A DNA stretch of 64,000 nt from the human T2T-CHM13v2.0 reference genome, Homo sapiens. Of this stretch, positions 1 through 11,750 are shown piece by piece. The position numbers and the translations under genes are program-made. Within the stretch, counting starts at the first letter, position 1. Each line of letters begins with the position of its first letter. The DNA is taken from NCBI RefSeq assembly GCF_009914755.1, contig NC_060942.1. The stretch is one strand, 5' to 3'. Under the pieces are notes generated by a model that searched no databases, had not been told where the DNA came from, and worked only from the letters and a program-made list of their open reading frames with translations.

Positions 1-742
1 TTGAGCGGTTTTGAGTGAGATTCTTAATCCTGAGTTCTAGTTTGATTGCACTGTGGTCTGAGAGATAGTTTGTTATAATTTCTGTTCTTTTACATTTGCT
101 GAGGAGAGCTTTACTTCCAAGTATGTGGTCGGTTTTGGAATAGGTGTGGTGTGGTGCTGAAAAAAATGTATATTCTGTTGATTTGGGGTGGAGAGTTCTG
201 TAGATGTCTATTAGGTCCGCTTGGTGCAGAGCTGAGTTCAATTCCTGGGTATCCTTGTTGACTTTCTATCTCGTTGATCTGTCTAATGTTGACAGTGGGG
301 TGTTAAAGTCTCCCATTATTAATGTGTGGGAGTCTAAGTCTCTTTGTAGGTCACTCAGGACTTGCTTTATGAATCTTGGTGCTCCTGTATTGGGTGCATA
401 TATATTTAGGATAGTTAGCTCTTCTTGTTGAATTGATCCCTTTACCATTATGTAATGGCCTTCTTTGTCTCTTTTGATCTTTGTTGGTTTAAAGTCTGTT
501 TTATCAGAGACTAGTATTGCAACCCCTGCCTTTTTTTGTTTTCCATTTGCTTGGTAGATCTTCCTCCATCCTTTTATTTTGAGCCTATGTGTGTCTCTGC
601 ACGTGAGATGGGTTTCCTGAATACAGCACACTGATGGGTCTTGACTCTTTATCCAATTTGCCAGTCTGTGTCTTTTAATTGGAGCATGTAGTCTATTTAC
701 GTTTAAAGTTAATATTGTTATGTGTGAATTTGATCCTGTCAT
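1..742 (-). pseudogene. L1 ORF2 N-terminal APE-like endonuclease domain with nonsense Q159* (CAG>TAG); truncated by the window edge
   Basis: MTGSNSHITILTLNVN...GDFNTPLSTLDRSTR, then TAG at 268-266. The L1 frame continues KVNKDTQELNSALHQADLIDIY. Confidence 0.95.
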
Positions 743-805
743 TATGATGTTAGCTGGTTATTTTGCTCGTTAGTTGATGCAGTTTCTTCCTAGTCTTGAT
801 AATCT

Positions 806-1822
806 TTACATTTTGGCATGATTTTGCAGCGGCTGGTACCGGTTGTTCCTTTCCATGTTTAGTGCTTCCTTCAGGAGCTCTTTTAGGGCAGGCCTGGTGG
901 TGACAAAATCTCTCAGCATTTGCTTGTCTGTAAAGTATTTTATTTCTCCTTCACTTATGAAGCTTAGTTTGGCTGGATATGAAATTCTGGGTTGAAAATT
1001 CTTTTCTTTAAGAATGTTGAATATTGGCCCCCACTCTCTTCTGGCTTGTAGGGTTTCTGCCGAGAGATCCGCTGTTAGTCTGATGGGCTTCCCTTTGAGG
1101 GTAACCCGACCTTTCTCTCTGGCTGCCCTTAACATTTTTTCCTTCATTTCAACTTTGGTGAATCGGACAATTATGTGTCTTGGAGTTGCTCTTCTCGAGG
1201 AGTATCTTTGTGGCGTTCTCTGTATTTCCTGAATCTGAACGTTGGCCTGCCTTGCTAGATTGGGGAAGTTCTCCTGGATAATATCCTGCAGAGTGTTTTC
1301 CAACTTGGTTCCATTCTCCCCATCACTTTCAGGTTCACCAATCAGACGTAGATTTGGTCTTTTCACATAGTCCCATATTTCTTGGAGGCTTTGCTCATTT
1401 CTTTTTATTCTTTTTTCTCTAAACTTCCCTTCTCACTTCATTTCATTCATTTCATCTTCCATTGCTGATACCCTTTCTTCCAGTTGATCGCATCGGCTCC
1501 TGAGGCTTCTGCATTCTTCACGTAGTTCTCGAGCCTTGGTTTTCAGCTCCATCAGCTCCTTTAAGCACTTCTCTGTATTGGTTATTCTAGTTATACATTC
1601 TTCTAAATTTTTTTCAAAGTTTTCAACTTCTTTGCCTTTGGTTTGAATGTCCTCCTGTAGCTCAGAGTAATTTGATCGTCTGAAGCCTTCTTCTCTCAGC
1701 TCGTCAAAGTCATTCTCCATCCAGCTTTTTTCCGTTGCTGGTGAGGAACTGTGTTCCTTTGGAGGAGGAGAGGCGCTCTGCTTTTTAGAGTTTCCAGTTT
1801 TTCTGTTCTTTTTTTTCCCCAT
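806..1822 (-). pseudogene. L1 ORF1 (338 codons) broken by one in-frame stop, R130* (CGA>TGA)
   Basis: ATG at 1822 (MGKKKNRKTGNSK...). TGA at 1435-1433 follows MNEMK. The same frame resumes (EGKFREKRIKRNEQSLQEIWDYVKRPNLRLIG...) and ends NHAKM* at 806. Confidence 0.95.
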
Positions 1823-2753
1823 CTTTGTGGTTTTATCTACTTTTGGTCTTTGATGATGGTGATGTACAGATGGGTTTTTGGTGTGGATGTCCTTTCTGTT
1901 TGTTAGTTTTCCTTCTAACAAACAGAAAGGACCCTCAGCTGCAGGTCTGTTTGAATACCCTGCCTGTTATTCACACTGACCTTTGTGAGGTGTCAGTGTG
2001 CCCCTGCTGGGGGGGGGTGCCTCCCAGTTAGGCTGCTCAGGGGTCAGTGGTCAGGGACCCACTTGAGGAGGCAGTCTGCCGGTTCTCAGATCTCCAGCTG
2101 CGTGCTGGGAGAACCACTGCTCTCTTCAAAGCTGTCAGACAGGGACATTTAAGTCTGCAGAGGTTACTGCTGTCTTTTTGTTTGTCTGTGCCCTGCCCCC
2201 AGAGGTGGAGCCTACCGAGGCAGGCAGGCCTCCTTGAGCTGTGGTGGGCTCCGCCCAGTTGGAGCTTCCCGGCTGCTTTGTTTACCTAATCAAGCCTGGG
2301 CAATGGCAGGCGCCCCTCCCCAAGCCTGGCTGCCGCCTTGCAGTTTGATCTCAGACTGCTGTGCTAGCAATCAGCGAGACTCCGTGGGCGTAGGACCCTC
2401 TAAGCCAGGTGCGGGATATAATCTCGTGGTGGGCTGTTTTTTAAGCCTGTTGGAAAAGCGCAGTATTCGGGTGGGAGTGACCCGATTTTCCAGGTGCCGT
2501 CCATCACCCCTTTCTTTGACTTGGAAAGGGAACTCCCTGATCCCTTGCGCTTCCCAAGTGGGGCAATGCCTTGCCCTGCTTTGGCTCGCGCACGGTGCGC
2601 GCACCCACTGACCTGCCCCCACTGTCTGGCACTCCCTAGTGAGATGAACCCCGTACCTCAGATGGAAATGCAGAAATCACCGTCTTCTGCGTTGCTCAGG
2701 CTGGGAGCTGTAGACCGGATCTGTTCCTATTCGGCCATCTTGGCTCCTCCCTC
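1823..2753. promoter_or_regulatory. L1 5'UTR internal sense promoter with YY1 site, plus the antisense promoter pointing into the window (+ strand)
   Basis: CAAGATGGC (YY1) is intact on the minus strand at ~2734-2742. Many CpGs have decayed. The antisense promoter position follows from known L1 architecture. Confidence 0.7.
2303..2611 (+). CDS. L1 antisense ORF0-like open frame (102 aa)
   Basis: GCAATGG Kozak context at 2303. Translation MAGAPPQAWLPPCSLISDCCASNQRDSVGVGPSKPGAGYNLVVG... matches the primate L1 ORF0 N-terminus. CAG|GTGC donor-like sites occur near 2408 and 2493. Expression is not shown. Confidence 0.6.
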   Translation: MAGAPPQAWLPPCSLISDCCASNQRDSVGVGPSKPGAGYNLVVGCFLSLLEKRSIRVGVTRFSRCRPSPLSLTWKGNSLIPCASQVGQCLALLWLAHGARTH

Positions 2754-3379
2754 TATCCTATTCTCTTTTAATCATACCTGGTTTCCTTAGTTAAAGTCAA
2801 CTTTACAAAAGGCAGGGGTGCACAGAAACTTGCAGAAAGTTCCATGTTAATGAGAAGCAACGTGAAAACCTCTCCACACTACATTTAACAATCTAAATTG
2901 ATTTTTTTTCAAATACTCTGTATGCACATGGATGTCTTTTATGGTTGTGTATGAGCTTATATAAAACAGAAGTATAAATACACTGTGAGCCTCACCCATG
3001 TGTTATGTCTACTATCTGATCTCAAATTTTCAAGAGGTGATAAGAAATTTGCTCAGGGAACAAGACATTTTGTGCTATTGTGCATTGATCTTCCTGCCTA
3101 AAATTTAGTTTCCATTTAGATAAAGTCATAATATGATTTTAAGGTTACATCAGTTAGTTTGAAAGCAGCAGAGAATGTCTCTGGCCAATTGTAACCAACA
3201 GACATGTGTTGAAATTGAAATGACATGTAGGGATCACAGCACTGGTGGGAACCTAGAGGACCAGGCTGAGTAGGCATCAAGCAGCAAACTGTAAAAAATT
3301 CCAGTGATAATTTTGAATACATTAAAATTAGAAATGTCTACAAAAATATTACTTTTAACACGTAGAAAAAATGTTGAGA

Positions 3380-4080
3380 TTCAGAAGCAAATATATCAAG
3401 TTATCATAATTGAAAATAAATTATTCAGAATATATTAAGAATTTTTAAAATCAGTAAGAAAAGTACAAAATACTCAATAGATAAGCATAGAAAGGAAATG
3501 AGCAGGTAGTTGGCAGAAGAAGAAAACCAAATATCTAATAAAAATAAGATGTTCAACTCCATTGGAAAGAAAGAAAATGAAAATGAGATTTTATTTCAGG
3601 CCCATCAACTTGAACAAGATGACAAGGCCTGAAAATGCTGTATGGTTGAGGGTCTGGAATAAGGGTACCACTTGTACGCTGCTGGTGGTACTTTAAACTT
3701 GTGAATAATCTTGTAGAGTGTCCTGGTGATAGCTGGTAAAGCTGCAGAAACTTTCACCACATGGTACTCTGTTTCTACCGCTAGATGTGTACTTTAAAGC
3801 ATCTCTTGCACATGTTTGTGTGGCGATATGCATAAGAATGGAATAGATAGAGATAGCTCATGTGGAGATATGCATAAGAATGGCAGCTTTTTATGTGAAG
3901 GCGATATTATTGAAAAAACATAAATGTCTGTACACAGGAGAGTAAATTATTTGTGATATGTGCATATAATGGGAGAACATCAAAAGGATAAAATTAAACT
4001 AAAATTATCTATATCAATATGCATGCATTTTCACAAAATATTATTTTGATTGAAAGAAGTTGCAGAACAACATGTAACAT
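3380..4080 (+). mobile_element. Ancient L1M (L1ME-like) 3' ORF2/3'UTR fragment
   Basis: Degenerate L1 3'-region motifs such as AAAATCAGTAAGAAAAG, AAGATGTTCAACTC and CACTTGTACGCTGCTGGTGG. Confidence 0.6.
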
Positions 4081-4829
4081 TTATTTGGCCAACGGACAAA
4101 AGCCACAGTGGAATTTTTTCTGTTAGGGAAACCTCAGCTTTTCAAGACTTCCAACTGATTAAGTTAGGCCCATCCAGAGGAGATCCAGATAATCTCCCTT
4201 GCTTAGAGTCAACTGACTAGGGACTCCTACATCTGCAACATCCCTTCACAGCACGCCCACTCAGGCAAATATTCCATTGACTAACTGGGAACTCTATCCT
4301 AGCCAAACTGACATTTCAAAAACATCATGAGATTTTTACAACAAGATTAATAACATATTCAAACCTTCTATCAGTCAGATTGGGAAGTCAGAGTTTTCTA
4401 CATCATCACTGGGCACTTTAAGGACACAGCCATATGTTGGGTTGGGGGTAGGCACCTGATACCGACCAGCAGCACCTAGCAAGCATTTAGAAAATAATTA
4501 TTGAATGAACTAATTAATAGATTTGAGTGAAACAGAATCTTGGGGGACAGCTGTATCAGGCACAAGTACTTTTGTGAAGTTGTTGCTGGGGAGAACATAA
4601 TAAAAAGAACTGTCAGTTTTAAGCATTTTTTCCCTTAGCCTTTAGTCACGCTGTGACAAGAGCAAGGCTTTCTCATTGTCTCCAAAATAATTCTGTTTTC
4701 ATCTTTCGATAATATTGTATGGGGGAAGAGTTTCTCCAGCCGTCTTCTGTGTTAAACTAGTATCTCATTAGATATTAATAGGTGTTCTGTGAAAGACAGG
4801 GTCTAGGGTAAAAAAAATATATGGTAAAA

Positions 4830-5190
4830 AATTAACCAGGATAAGCTAGGTAATAATCAATACATCTTAGTAGCTTAAAACAAATAAAACTTATTTCCCA
4901 CCCATTGTGGGTTAGCTGCAGCCTCGGCTCTGTGTCACTGCTCTTGACCTGACTCTGGGAGCCAGTTGGACAGAGAAGCCACATGTGGCGTCATGTATGT
5001 TGCTGTTGCAAAGGTTGAATTGAGCATGCACCATGCACAGCACCCACAGACTCTTAAAGCCTCTGTCTAGAAGTGACACGTATCACTTCTGCTCATCTTT
5101 CATTCATCACATCTTTTCATGGCCCAGCCTTGAGACAGGTAGGGTAGAGTAGGGCAGATAGATGGTCCCACAGAGAGGTGGACTTCATAT
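4830..5190 (-). mobile_element. Old MLT1 (MaLR) LTR fragment
   Basis: CAGGATAAGCTAGG...TTAGTAGCTTAAAACAAATAAAACTTATTT and AGAAGTGACACGTATCACTTCTGCTCA resemble MLT1J/K/L. Confidence 0.55.
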
Positions 5191-5349
5191 AGTCCACCAA
5201 GAAATTAAACCATAGGGCTTCACAGAACATAGAAATTACTAAAATGCATTCTAAATACCAGTGAACACTGTTAATCTACTGCCAGGGCTATCGTGTGCAG
5301 TACTAACCAATTTATAAGTCACAGAATCTTTCCTTCTACCTATGAGAAG

Positions 5350-5565
5350 GAATATAGTATAGGTACTTAAATTCATAGGCTCTGATGTCACACTGCTTGT
5401 GTTCAAATTGCACCTCTGATTTGCTAGTGACTTTGGGCAAGGTACTTAGCTTTCTTAACCTTCAGTTACATCAATATTGTCTCTTATCTTAAAAGTTTCT
5501 GATGAGGATTAAATGACTATACACCCCTAACTCATTTCCTGGCAAGTTATAAGCTCTCAGTAAAA
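5350..5565 (+). mobile_element. MIR SINE
   Basis: MIR core GTGACTTTGGGCAAGGTACTTAGC...CTTCAGTT...TGAGGATTAAATGA. Confidence 0.75.
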
Positions 5566-7789
5566 CTGAGGTAAAGTCTTATAGGATCAAGAGGTTCTGA
5601 AGGACACTAAAAAAAATGTTCTGGAATTTTGTTATTAGTTCATAAAATAAAATATTTTATTCCATGTGCTTTTAACATCAATAATTCATTATGTGATAGT
5701 GGGTAAAGGACTTCACTCCATGGCATAAAGGAACTTAGGATTCCTATAGGTTCTAATCAGTGCTACTGAAGAGATCAGTATGAGCACGATAAGAAGATGG
5801 GTCAGGCACTGGAAGCCAGGGAAGGAGAGTGGCCAGAAAGGCTGACCAGGGAGCATTATATTTCCATTACTGAGAACCAGCAACAGTGAGTCTTTTGAAA
5901 CTTCCCTTAAAATGTTTAGCAAACACCATATAGTATAGATAGAGTTATAATAGCATAATGGTTGATTATTCTTTACCAATAGAATGCTGGACATTTAAAG
6001 GGACAACATTATGGTTGCCTGATGACTGGTTCTCTTGTATTGATTTAATGCTCAGAAAGAGCATTTAAGAGCTGGCTAAAATGTGTCAAGTACCACTAAG
6101 TACATTATTGTCAGAATATTTGTTTTCTGCTGAGTTGTGTTATCTTTTCTTACTTGTTATGAAACAATTGCTAAGTGTTTAGATACAGAGCATATAGACA
6201 GAAAAATAACTATATTCAAAAAATATGTTTGGAAGTACTGTTATTTAATTGATAACTTTAAGATTTGTAAATATTTATAAAGATTAAAATGTACATTTTA
6301 CTGATTATAGATTGTTCTCAAGAATGTTGCTATACAGAATTACTGATCCCTAGAATTGTTTTGAGGTGAAGACATTTTTATGCTGGAATAAGTGAATACT
6401 TTCTACTTATTTAGAATTTAATGTTTTGCTGTTTTTATGTTACAGTTGATTAAAATTTTATTATGTGGTTGCACACTTTCCAAATAAAAATGTTTGTTCT
6501 ATTCCCCCCAAATAGGAGATCTAAAAAACTACAATAACTTATCAGAAAAATAAGATGTACTTTTATTCAATATTCATCAGTAGACTTCTCATGGAATTTA
6601 AATTTCTGAACCAAGAGATTAACCTTTATGGAATTGAAGAAGACTGAGTAATTTGCATAATAATGGATTTCCCAGAGCTCCTGACTCACAATGCTCATTT
6701 GAAACTTTCTTCTTTTTTCCTGGAACTATTTCTTTATGAGTGGACACTGAACCATTTGAGCCGATCTATGTCAAATTATTGGCCTTCGTCCCTCATTCAT
6801 TTCTCAGCATTCATTTCTCAGTTGTGCAGAGGGCTGGTGTTTCAACTCTATGAGTGGATTAATTGACTGAATCATTACTGAAAACCTTTAGCGTCTATTT
6901 GCTATGGTATACATAATGCATTCTGAAAGTATATTTTGAATTTACCCATATTTTTGAAATGATTCTGATCAATACTGAATGATAAAATTGAATATGGAAC
7001 TCTATGATTATAATAGGCTAACATTTGTCTTTCATGTAAATAACTGGTGGCACATTTCTTTAACACACCCCAACAGAGTACTGTCTCAGCTGAACTCCCG
7101 TGTGACTTACTATCTATAATGTATGTACACCCTTTAGTGCTTTGCTCTGTAGCTATAGGTGTGTGCATCTCATCAGTCTTTTAAGATTATAAGCCTATGG
7201 AGTGCCAGACTGAGATTATATACATCTTCACATTTTTTAATATTTCTAAATAACCCACACTGTATCTTGAACAATATAGGAGCTTAAAAAACATTTCCCA
7301 ATAAATGAAACAAAAAAGAAAAATGATAATTTGTTATTGGATTTATTCTAAATGTTCAAATATAAAAATGTATTTGACTTTAAATTAAAACAAGAGGAAA
7401 ATGAAGTCAATTGCAAATTCCTGTTCAAATGAAAATATTTTAATTCTAATATAAATCCCAGAATACTTTAAATCTTATGTCCTAACAATAAACGAATATG
7501 AAGTAAAATACTCAAATTTCCTTTAAGAATTGAAGTGTGGATGTATATATTTAAGTTAGATTTTGATTTTGAAAAATTATGTCTCGTGTTTTCTCATTAC
7601 TGAATTAAGTTTAAAAGACCATTTCTAGGATAGATGCTGTTTGAAGATTTGATGATAGATTCTGGGATCCAAACCAAAGCATTGCTCAATATGGGCATAG
7701 CTCAATCCCTGTTCAAAGACATTGGGATTCTCTGGTTGTTCATACCTTAGGAGTAAGTCACAGAAAGAACAAGTTAAAATGTATGCATT

Positions 7790-7911
7790 GCAGGACATGG
7801 TGGCTCAAGTCTATAGTCCCAGATACTTTGGAAGCTGAAGTAGGAGAAGCCCTTGAGCCTAGGAATTCTAAGCCAGTCTGGATAACATAGAGAGACCCTC
7901 CTCCTAAAAAA
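7790..7911 (+). mobile_element. FLAM (free left Alu monomer)
   Basis: ~120-nt diverged monomer CAGGACATGGTGGCTCAAGTCTATAGTCCCAG...GAGACCCT with a short A tail. Confidence 0.8.
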
Positions 7912-9091
7912 TGTTTAAAAGCCTGCATGTTTTCTTAGAGTAGTGATGGATGTTAACAATGATCAGAATTAGAATTAAATATATTCGGTACCACACTATT
8001 GCAAGGCAAATGTAAACAGATAATTTACTTATGTGTTTATACAAAGAGAATTTTCTATGAGGACATTAATTCTAATGAAACCTTGAATCCTAAGGGAAGA
8101 GGCTTTTAATCTCCTTTGATGCTCAGAAACTTTTGAGAATTTAAGGAGAGTTTAGTACTTTATTTCTATAAAAATATTGAATACCACAAATGCATTTTTG
8201 CAAATAATTTTAGGGAATTCTTGGACCCTCTAAAGCTCTTCCATTGGTGTGAGCTAAAGACCTCTTTTCCTATATGGCACCACCAGAACAGGTAAGCTAG
8301 ATCAGACCACAAGTATGCTTCTGGTCTAAAACTAAGTTAATCTTTGGTTCCTTTCACCCAGGACAAGCTCCTAATCATATTATCATGTCTCACCAGGATA
8401 GTAGTGAGATGAAGCGAGGAGTATCAATGCCAAGCAAAGAGAAGGCTTATTCCCAATGTCTAGAGCAGAGCTAGCCTAAAAATCCCCTTGTAGGTTTTCC
8501 TCGGTGATTATGACAATAGGGAGGGATAGAGGAGGTCAGATAACTCTTATCTGTTCCATGAGACAGAGTTACTCCAAACAAGTAGGACAGAAAACAAGAG
8601 AAATGCAAACAAATTACTTTAAAAGGCCATGTGACACGGTGGCTGCATTTTTAACCTCTGTCATGAAACAAAATATTTCAACTTTAACATCTTGACACTG
8701 ACTCATATCAGTGCTTTTTCTTTTCCAGAGTGGCCTACAGAAGGTGAGAACACATTCCCCTGTTTCAATTACTGGCGCTTTAGGGGATGTTTGTTTTCAC
8801 AGATTTTTTTTCTTTTTTCAAGGAAAACTACAGCTCAGACGGAGGAAAGAAAAAGGGGAAAAAAGAAAAGACTAGCCAATTTTCTTCAATTCTAGTCTGC
8901 AAAGGGATCCTACTAATATGACCCAGCCCCAGAAATTCTAACTTTGCATTTCTAGGAGAGAGCTCGGGATCTATGCTATTAATCAACAATCCTTTGTAAA
9001 TTTCATTCTCATGATACATGGACAATATTTTGAGAAACACTGAGCCATAGTGTACTGGCCAGGAAGAGTAGATCTGTTAAAAGCAATCAAA

Positions 9092-9242
9092 CATGTGCAT
9101 GTGGATGTGTGTGTGCATTTGTGTGTGAGTGTGCATGTGTGTATGTGTATGCATATGTGTATGTGTATATGCATGTGTGTGCATGTGCATTTGTATGTAT
9201 ATGTGCATGTGTATGTGCATGTATATGTGTACATGTGGTGTG
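9092..9242. repeat. Degenerate (TG/CATG/TATG)n purine-pyrimidine microsatellite
   Basis: ~150 nt of nearly continuous RY alternation; it produces the spurious H/T/M/C-rich ORFs. Confidence 0.95.
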
Positions 9243-9299
9243 TTTAGGGAGGAAGTGGTCAAGGTTTTGTTCTAAAGTGAGATGGCAGGCAGAAGGCAG

Positions 9300-10130
9300 G
9301 ATTCATTTAGACAACACATATTTATGTGATAGGCACTTGTCTATGCTGTTTGCACTTGTTAGGCAAAAATTCCTTAACCTCATGGAACCTAAATTTTAAT
9401 GGCAGGGGGAGCAAGAATGTAATGGACTCAATTAATAAACAAATTATACAGAGTATTAGAAGAAAAAAGATATGATGGAAAGAAAGATTAATAGATCAGG
9501 GTAAGAAGATCTGAAGTACTGGGAGATAATTTCTAATGTTAAATTGGGAGGTCGGGGATAAGCCTCATTGAGGGGTGACATTTTAGCAAAGACTTGAAGA
9601 AGGTAAGGAAATTGACCATGATACTGTTTGGGGAAAGTGTATCCCAGGAGTGCCTCATGTGAGCTCTCAGGGTAAGTTCAATTGGTGTGGGACTGTAGTG
9701 GAGAACATGAGAGGGAGAGCAAATAATTATCTGGAGTCAGGACATGTAGTCTTGTGGACTGTTATAAAGACTTTGCTGTTTACTCTGAGGCAAATGGAAA
9801 GTCATCAGAGGATTTTGAGAGAAGAGTTACATCATCTTATATTATCAAGGAGTCATTCTGGCTGCCGTGTTGATAATTGACTGTGGTTGAGGGTATAGGG
9901 TAGTAGAAATGTGAGAGTTATTCAGGAGAAAGATGACCAGTGTTGGTAGTAAGAATTAGTACAAATCTGAATATATTGTGAAGAAAACCCCCCCAAAATT
10001 ATTGATTGAGATAATGTGAGATAAGGTAGTATGATAGAGAAGAATGAAAACTCCAAAAGTTTTGACTTTGGCTACATGAAAGGACAGAGTTGCCATCAAC
10101 TAACATGAGGACAATTTTAGGGGAGAAGAC
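9300..10130 (-). mobile_element. L2 LINE relic
   Basis: L2-like motifs AGCAAAGACTTGAAGAAGGTAAGG, TTTACTCTGAGGCAAATGGAAAGTCATCAGAGGATTTTGAG and GAGTTGCCATCAACT. Confidence 0.7.
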
Positions 10131-10280
10131 CATAAAACCCTTAGCTTTCTCCTATTCCCAGCAACATAATACAGTAAGCTCAATGCCATACATATAGATT
10201 TACTTCCTTGATCCACTATATACCAGCTATTTGAACAACTCATTGAATCCTCGTTTCCTTATTCTTAAAATGAAATAACA

Positions 10281-11750
10281 ACATCACACTGAACAGGCAA
10301 AAGCTGGGAACATTCCTCTTGAGAACTAGAACAAGACAAGGATGCTCACTTTCACCACTCCTATTCAACATAATACTGGAAATCCATGCAGAGCAATCAG
10401 GCAAGAGAAAGAAATATAAGGCATCCAAATAGGAAAAGAAGAAGTCACACTGTCTCTCTTCACTGATGATATGATGATAAATACTCTTACCAAAACATTC
10501 CTGGAGCTGATAAATGACTTCAGTAAAGTTTCAGGATACAAAGTCAAGATGTAAAAATCCACAGCATTTTTATACACCAACAATGTTCAAGCTGAGAGCG
10601 AAATCAAGAGTGTATTCCCATTTATAAGAGCAACACAAGAAATCATAAATTATACAAACAAAAGGAAAAACATTCTATGCTTATGGATTGGAAGAATCAA
10701 TATCATTAAAATGGCCATACTACCCAAAGCAATCTACAGATTCAATGGTATTCCTATCAGACTACCAGCATCATTTTTCACAGAATTAGAAAAAACTATT
10801 CTAACATTCATATGGAACCAAAAAAGAGCCAAATAGGTCTAATATGCAGAATTTATAAAGACTTAAACAATTAAATAAGTAAACAACAAACAACCCAATA
10901 ACAAGTAGGCAAAGGACACAGACACTTCTCAAAAGAAGACAAACATGCAACCAACAAACATGAACAAATGCTCAACATTATTAGTCATCAGAGAAATGCA
11001 AATCAAAACCATAATGCAGTACCATCTCACACCAGCCAGAATGGCAATTATTAAAAAGTCAACAAAAGGACAGATGCTGGGGAGGCTGCAGAGAAAAGGG
11101 ATGGGAATGTAAATTGGTTTGGCCACTATGGAAAGCAGTTTAGAGATTTCTCAGAGAAGTTAAAATAGAGTTATAAGTCAACCCAGCAATCCCATTACTA
11201 GGTTATATCCAAAAGAAAATAAATAATTTTATCAAAATGACATGCACTTATGTGTTCATCACATCACTATTCACAATAGCAAAGACATGGAATTAACCTA
11301 GGTATCCATCAACAATGAATTGGATAAATAAAATGTGGTATATATACACTGTGGAATACTATGCAGCCATTAAAAAGAATTAAATCATGTACTTTGCAGC
11401 AACATGAATGCAGCTGGAGGCCATTCTTCTAAGCAAAATAACTCAGAAACAGAAAACCAAATACTGCATGTTCACACTTATAAGTGGGAGCTAAACTTTG
11501 GGTACTTTTGGACATAAAGATGGTGACAGTAGACACTGGGGACTACTAGATGGGGAAGGGAGGAAGGGAAGCGAGGGTTGAAACGCTAACTGTTGGGTAC
11601 TGTGTTCATTCTATGTGTGATGGTATCATGCATATCCGGTACCTCCGTATCATGAAATATACCCATGTAACAAAGCTGCACATATGCCCTCTAAATCTAA
11701 AATAAAAGTTGAAATTTTTAACAACAATTCTAAACATAAATAAGTTAATT
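10281..11750 (+). mobile_element. 5'-truncated L1PA15/16-like LINE-1 with several internal deletions, inserted into a MIR
   Basis: ORF2 RT to C-terminal homology; the 3'UTR ends ...CTAAATCTAAAATAAAAGTTGAAATT. The 8-bp TSD AAATAACA is at 10273-10280 and 11751-11758. MIR halves flank both sides (~10200-10280 and ~11751-11835). Confidence 0.85.

Larger units (their letters stand above)
1..2753 (-). mobile_element. LINE-1, L1PA2/late L1PA3-type; 5'UTR, ORF1 and start of ORF2, continuing beyond the left window edge
   Basis: Minus strand starts GAGGGAGGAGCCAAGATGGCCGAATAGGAACAG (L1PA 5' end). ORF1p and ORF2p translations are near-identical to human L1. The 63-nt inter-ORF spacer is at 743-805. The 5'UTR is ~930 nt and lacks the 129-bp segment of L1PA4/early L1PA3. 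The 5' flank on the minus strand, TT|AAAAGAGAATAGGATA, looks like an endonuclease site plus TSD. Confidence 0.97.

Noticed and set aside
8983-9399. His/Thr/Cys-rich ORFs in four frames
   Set aside because: They are translations of an RY microsatellite that lacks stop codons.
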